Notes under the pieces: generated by a model
Seen by the model: the letters and a program-made list of their open reading frames with translations, nothing else
Databases searched by the model: none
What the model was told of the DNA's origin: nothing
Shown: positions 59,942-64,000 of the stretch, in pieces
How the letters are laid out: each line of letters starts with the position of its first letter
How positions within the stretch are numbered: the stretch's first letter is position 1
Translations under genes and position numbers: made by a program
IMG/VR virus record: IMGVR_UViG_3300035185_000031
From: an uncultured virus (IMG/VR IMGVR_UViG_3300035185_000031)
Taxonomy: Duplodnaviria > Heunggongvirae > Uroviricota > Caudoviricetes
Length of the DNA: 64,000 bases
Reading direction: 5' to 3' (one strand)

Positions 59942-61041
59942 GCGGTCCAGTGAACACCATCGACGCAGTCACGGAGATCCGTGACCTCCCCGAGCCCCCG
60001 CAGGTCTACGTGGTCTGTACGGGGGCCGGGGCAGGCCTCCAGAAGCTGCTGTGGGACGTCCCCGGGTGCTCCAAGTTCCTCGTGGGCGCAGCATTCCCCT
60101 ACGCGGCGGAGGACACAGCGGACTTCCTAGGGTTCGAGCCCGAACGAGCATGCACCGAGACCACGGCTATCCAGCTCGCCATGGAGGCATACAGCCGTGC
60201 GTGGAAACCGGGAAACAAGAGGACGATCGGTGTAGGCATGACGGCCGTCGTCGGCACCACCCGGGAGCACAAGGGGGATCACCGGGTCTACATCGCAACG
60301 GTAAGCGAAGACAAGTGCACTTTGCTCTACGCCGTGCTGAACAAAAGCAAGAGCACAGGACGTGAGGACGAGGGAGAGACCTGCGATCTTCTAGGACTCA
60401 ACGCGCTACGCAACGCCCTTGGTCTTCCTCTCGTGCCCATCACCCAAGAGATCTTCGACTGGTACGAACTGAGCGACCCCATCGACATTCGAGACGTCTT
60501 CTTCTTGCGTCCCTTCACCAACCTGAGCCACAGGCGTGCTTCGGAGTACGCACACTTCCCCGGAGCGTTCAACCCGCCACACGAAGGGCACTTCGGCATC
60601 GCCGAGCAGATCGAAGAAGAGCACAGACGTCCGGTGCTATTCAGCATCGAGGCAGAGCCTCCGCACAAGCCAGCGCTCACCGTCCCCGAGATGTTGCAGC
60701 GGGCGAAGATGCTCAAGGGACACAGTGTGATCTTCACCAGAGGGCAACCCCTCTATGAGGACAAGATCGCCTCCGGCGTGAAGCACATCGTCATCGGTGC
60801 AGACGCCCTGCTGCGTCTCATGACGTGGGACAACAAGACCCCCGAGGAGAACCTGGCCCCCTTCGTCGAAGAGAGAGTACGGTTCTACGTCGTAGGACGA
60901 GAGATCCCGGACCGGGGGTACACCACGATGCGAGACCTCTTGAACGACGAGACGCTCTCCTTGAACTCGGACTTCCTATTCTACCCCGTCAAAGGCCGAT
61001 GGGACATCAGCTCCACGGACGTTCGCGAGGGGCGTGCGTGA
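59938..61041 (+). CDS. CinA-C-like + nucleotidyltransferase (putative NMN adenylyltransferase)
   Basis: PGAFNPPHEGH (HxGH), IGAD, ISST; N-terminal TGAG...PGCS...PY. Confidence 0.75.
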   Translation: MSGPVNTIDAVTEIRDLPEPPQVYVVCTGAGAGLQKLLWDVPGCSKFLVGAAFPYAAEDTADFLGFEPERACTETTAIQLAMEAYSRAWKPGNKRTIGVGMTAVVGTTREHKGDHRVYIATVSEDKCTLLYAVLNKSKSTGREDEGETCDLLGLNALRNALGLPLVPITQEIFDWYELSDPIDIRDVFFLRPFTNLSHRRASEYAHFPGAFNPPHEGHFGIAEQIEEEHRRPVLFSIEAEPPHKPALTVPEMLQRAKMLKGHSVIFTRGQPLYEDKIASGVKHIVIGADALLRLMTWDNKTPEENLAPFVEERVRFYVVGREIPDRGYTTMRDLLNDETLSLNSDFLFYPVKGRWDISSTDVREGRA

Positions 61042-61304
61042 AGTACCTCTACGAGGACGTACCGGGCTACGGGAGGCACAAAATCGTACTCACCCGTCAC
61101 GCGCAAGCCAAGGCGGAGGAACAGAGCATCACCGACTTCCACGTTGCGGAAGCCCTGGAGAAGGGCAAGGATACGTTCGACACGGACTCGACATGGCGAG
61201 AGCACAACGGACTGCGCTTAGTGATCGTCAAACCAACGCCCTTCAAGGGAGCGTATCTGGTAGCGACGATGTTTTGGATCCAACCGCAAGCGACCGTGAA
61301 GTAG
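61038..61304 (+). CDS. DUF4258-like small protein
   Basis: LTRHA...I....V.EAL..G pattern. Confidence 0.5.
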   Translation: MKYLYEDVPGYGRHKIVLTRHAQAKAEEQSITDFHVAEALEKGKDTFDTDSTWREHNGLRLVIVKPTPFKGAYLVATMFWIQPQATVK

Positions 61305-61726
61305 ATCCAGTCTACGACATCATCCTTGCTCGCCTCGACGAATGCTTCGGCGCCGGTCCTTGTGATGAGGACGACATCTGGGGCGTTGGCTTTTACCCGA
61401 GTATGGTGGAAGAAGGCACCTCCCTGGAACCTTCCCGCTACACTCCGGATGGACACAGCGCTCCCAAGAAGTGGACTGCGGAAACGCATGCTGCGCGCAT
61501 CCGCTACCTCATGCAAAGCCCCGAAGACCTGGAGGCTCCCATCTCGATCGACTGCATCTGCGGAGGCGGTCGTGTCTACGCAATCCCAGTCATCCTCGAC
61601 GGCTGGCATCGATACTTCGCACACCACGCACTCAAGAGGAAGACCATCCGCGCAGGGTTCGGCGGACGAGTAGATCTCCTGGAATACCTGACGGGTGAGA
61701 GCGATCTTCGCCCGAACGACTTCTGA
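61274..61726 (+). CDS. ParB/Srx-like domain protein (start uncertain)
   Basis: PISID...ILDGWHRY. Confidence 0.55.
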   Translation: MDPTASDREVDPVYDIILARLDECFGAGPCDEDDIWGVGFYPSMVEEGTSLEPSRYTPDGHSAPKKWTAETHAARIRYLMQSPEDLEAPISIDCICGGGRVYAIPVILDGWHRYFAHHALKRKTIRAGFGGRVDLLEYLTGESDLRPNDF

Positions 61727-61927
61727 TGCCTCGCTATTCGGAAGTTTTCCCAGCCCTAGCTTGGCGAGCAGCCCAGATGCGGAAAACTCCCTCCGCACAC
61801 GAGCTGGCCGAGTCCCTCCGTGTCGAGCAGCTCCCCTATGCAGAGATCCCCGATGAGCTGTGGCCTGCGGTTCGAGCCTTCCGCAAGTACCGAAGCGACG
61901 CACGCCTACACGCCGCCTACAAGTACC

Positions 61928-62443
61928 TCAAAGACGCGCCATCCGCTGGACGACGTTCGAGATGATCGTCTCAGAGCGCTTCACGTACTTCGCCACGGAA
62001 CGTTGAGGCACCGCCTCCACGAGAGCCTGTAGCTGCCTCCTGGTGAGCTTTTTGACCGAGCCCTTGTCGTCTCCCTTGTACAGGCTGTCCAAGCCCACAG
62101 AGACCGAGTGTGCTTCAGGCAACCCCCAACCGTACTTGCGGTTGAGCCCGAGCACCGTGGCAATAGTCCTCACCTCATGCATGTTTGCTGTACGTACCGT
62201 GAGGTTCCATAAGGCCTGTTCGATCTCCGTACCGAACATCTCGAAGTCCTGGAAGCGGTTCTCTTGCTTCCGAGGAATGCGCTTCCAACCGAGGACGGCC
62301 CCGTGACCGATCTCGTGCATGTACGCTTCGAGACGCAACTTCCAGTGCCGCGGCGGCAACCCCGCCCCAGAAGGAATCGAGACAGAACCCTTGAAGGCTC
62401 GGTCTAGAATCTCGACCAGTTCGCGACCGTCCGTAACCATCAC
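61928..62443 (-). CDS. Hypothetical protein with HExxH motif
   Basis: MHEIGH. Confidence 0.5.
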   Translation of the reverse strand: MMVTDGRELVEILDRAFKGSVSIPSGAGLPPRHWKLRLEAYMHEIGHGAVLGWKRIPRKQENRFQDFEMFGTEIEQALWNLTVRTANMHEVRTIATVLGLNRKYGWGLPEAHSVSVGLDSLYKGDDKGSVKKLTRRQLQALVEAVPQRSVAKYVKRSETIISNVVQRMARL

Positions 62444-62916
62444 CCTTGTCCTTTAATGATCTTCTGCACGATCTGACGAAGACTGCGGCGCTGCTTCCAC
62501 GTGAAGCCCTTGTACTTCTCGAAGACGATCGGAGCTTCGCATGCGAGCTTGAACTCCCAATCCGTGAGATGCGCCTTGACGGACATAGGCTCCGCAACGA
62601 AGCGAGCGAACGCTTCGGCGATGCTCTTGTCCGTTTCGATGATCCGGAGCACAGCAGCATCTTCGCTTTCGTCCTCCTCAGAACCCGTGCGCGCGACAAA
62701 CATCTTGCACTGCTCGTTGCCCACACCGTTCTTCGCACGAGGGATCAGTATGTTGAGGATGCGCTCCGCGTTCGAACCCTTGCCGCACTCCTTGTAGGCG
62801 TACATCGCGTGAACGAAGATCACAGGACACTCCAAGTCCTCCCCGCCGTGGATGCACCGAGAGCAGTAGCGTTCCTCGTATGCCGAACCTTCATCGTTGT
62901 TACTGAAGTAGCCCAT
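62440..62916 (-). CDS. Cys-containing phage hypothetical protein
   Basis: MGYFSN..EG....YCSRC..; AAGGAGG RBS. Confidence 0.6.
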   Translation of the reverse strand: MGYFSNNDEGSAYEERYCSRCIHGGEDLECPVIFVHAMYAYKECGKGSNAERILNILIPRAKNGVGNEQCKMFVARTGSEEDESEDAAVLRIIETDKSIAEAFARFVAEPMSVKAHLTDWEFKLACEAPIVFEKYKGFTWKQRRSLRQIVQKIIKGQG

Positions 62917-62917
62917 G

Positions 62918-63433
62918 TCAGAAGCTCGCCTCCTTCGTAGGCAAGTCGTAAACGAAGACGTCCAAGCCCCCGCTAAGTAGCTCCGCGTTGATGAGCTTCT
63001 CGATCTCTTCCCACTGCCCTCCCGCGAGTCCCGCACCCATCCGAGGCATGTGGACGCTCGCACTCCGCAGCGTTGCGAAACCCCGTAGCTTGGCGAACCC
63101 CTGCCGAATCGCTTCGTATCGAATGGGAGGCCCCTCTCCCGCAGGGGTGCGATCGATCACTCCATGCTGCCCGATGATGTTGACCACCCACAGGTGCGGT
63201 TCGACCTGAACGAACTGGATCTCTCCCAAACCCATGAGACCCGTCGCGGAGTAGGAAGGATCGTCCAACCCCTCACACCAGCGGTGGTAGGCGAACTTCG
63301 CACTCGGGTAGAGCCGACCGAGAGGCACGACGAAGCCCGATCCCCAACGCCCGAGGTCGTTGCAACAATGGGTGATGATCTTCTCACCACCACCCACGGG
63401 CCGCGTCGCGTCGCCTACCAAGTACTTGAGCAC
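62918..63433 (-). CDS. Macrodomain protein (ADP-ribose/OAADPr processing; Poa1p/DarG-like)
   Basis: GDAT, HCCN..G.WGSG, MPRMGAGLAGG.W. Confidence 0.85.
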   Translation of the reverse strand: MLKYLVGDATRPVGGGEKIITHCCNDLGRWGSGFVVPLGRLYPSAKFAYHRWCEGLDDPSYSATGLMGLGEIQFVQVEPHLWVVNIIGQHGVIDRTPAGEGPPIRYEAIRQGFAKLRGFATLRSASVHMPRMGAGLAGGQWEEIEKLINAELLSGGLDVFVYDLPTKEASF

Positions 63434-63436
63434 GTC

Positions 63437-64000
63437 TCAGTCCCAGTACTTCGAGTGGTCCTTCCACTCGGGATAGCCCTGATCCACGAGCCACTTCTCA
63501 CAGACAGCCGCCGCTTCCTTCTCGATCGCGTCGCACTCCGACCACTGCTCGCGAGTGCGCTCCTTCTGCTTGCCTGGAAGCTCGCGGGTGACGGAGAAGA
63601 TCGGCTCCTCGCAGTCACGTACCTCCAACACGTAGGTGTTGTCGTTGCCCTCGATGTACTTCCGCTGAATGTTGAAGCGGCCCACCGTACCCATGAACGC
63701 GCTCTGATCGTAGAACGCCGCCTTGTAGAACATTGTGGCGCGAGTACGCCCCTTCTCGTCTACGAGCTTGGACCACATGTCGTGATCCGTACCGACCTTC
63801 TTCCAACCCGCGGGAAGCGTTGCGTCGATGAAGAGCGGCTTCCCCGCATTCCGCATGTCATTCCCGTTCGTCTCTCCCCCGACCACCACACCAGCAGCCG
63901 CCAAAGCCGGGTCATCGCTGCCTTGAAAAGGCAATTGGGTGCTGTTCACCAACTCGACCTGACCTCGCGCCTCTGATGCCTCGATGCCTCGGCCTCCGGG
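63437..64000 (-). CDS. Phage hypothetical protein, start outside the window
   Basis: LPAGWKK..TDH.MWS.LVDE.GR.RA.MFYKAAFYD. Confidence 0.65.
   Translation of the reverse strand, partial: PGGRGIEASEARGQVELVNSTQLPFQGSDDPALAAAGVVVGGETNGNDMRNAGKPLFIDATLPAGWKKVGTDHDMWSKLVDEKGRTRATMFYKAAFYDQSAFMGTVGRFNIQRKYIEGNDNTYVLEVRDCEEPIFSVTRELPGKQKERTREQWSECDAIEKEAAAVCEKWLVDQGYPEWKDHSKYWD

Larger units (their letters stand above)
1..64000. mobile_element. Segment of a large (jumbo-like) dsDNA bacteriophage genome
   Basis: Dense small hypothetical ORFs with overlapping stop/start codons, repeated strong sigma70-like promoters and phage-typical genes (RNA ligase, Dda-like helicase, ThyX, NUMOD4-HNH, NAMPT, gp23-like fragments); no housekeeping operons. 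Confidence 0.9.

Noticed and set aside
1..64000. Stop-codon reassignment, or a retron/DGR system
   Set aside because: Known genes are full length in code 11 and end in TAG, TGA or TAA; no reverse transcriptase motif or TR/VR pair seen

Overview
GC-rich (about 60% by eye) segment of a large or jumbo dsDNA phage genome, with T4-like traits. It holds over 100 mostly small, densely packed ORFs and no rRNA, CRISPR array, transposase, integrase or intact tRNA. Recognisable genes include an RNA ligase, a metallophosphoesterase, a DUF5662/HD-like gene split in frame by a NUMOD4-HNH nuclease, a Dda/RecD-like helicase, a KhpA-like KH protein, a family-4 UDG, a C1 cysteine peptidase flanked by lipoproteins, a HAD phosphatase, an RNB+2xdsRBD nuclease, a BCS1-like AAA ATPase, an NAD kinase, ThyX, an nrtR-nadV(NAMPT)-CinA/NMNAT operon and a macrodomain protein. 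The most striking unexplained structure has five parts. (1) About 11 dispersed genes share short conserved N-terminal leaders ending in [L/I/M]-x-E, fused to unrelated cargo domains. Two of the cargoes are ADP-ribosyltransferases, and most of these genes sit behind one -35-less promoter motif, suggesting a modular capsid-targeted effector system. (2) A phage NAD+ salvage operon has tandem NrtR-type operators over its promoter. (3) A 20-22 bp palindrome is dispersed in 7 copies. (4) Two ORFs look like gp23 capsid fragments, one carrying a twin-arginine leader. (5) There are candidate structured ncRNAs. All family calls come from motif recognition by eye; no searches were run.
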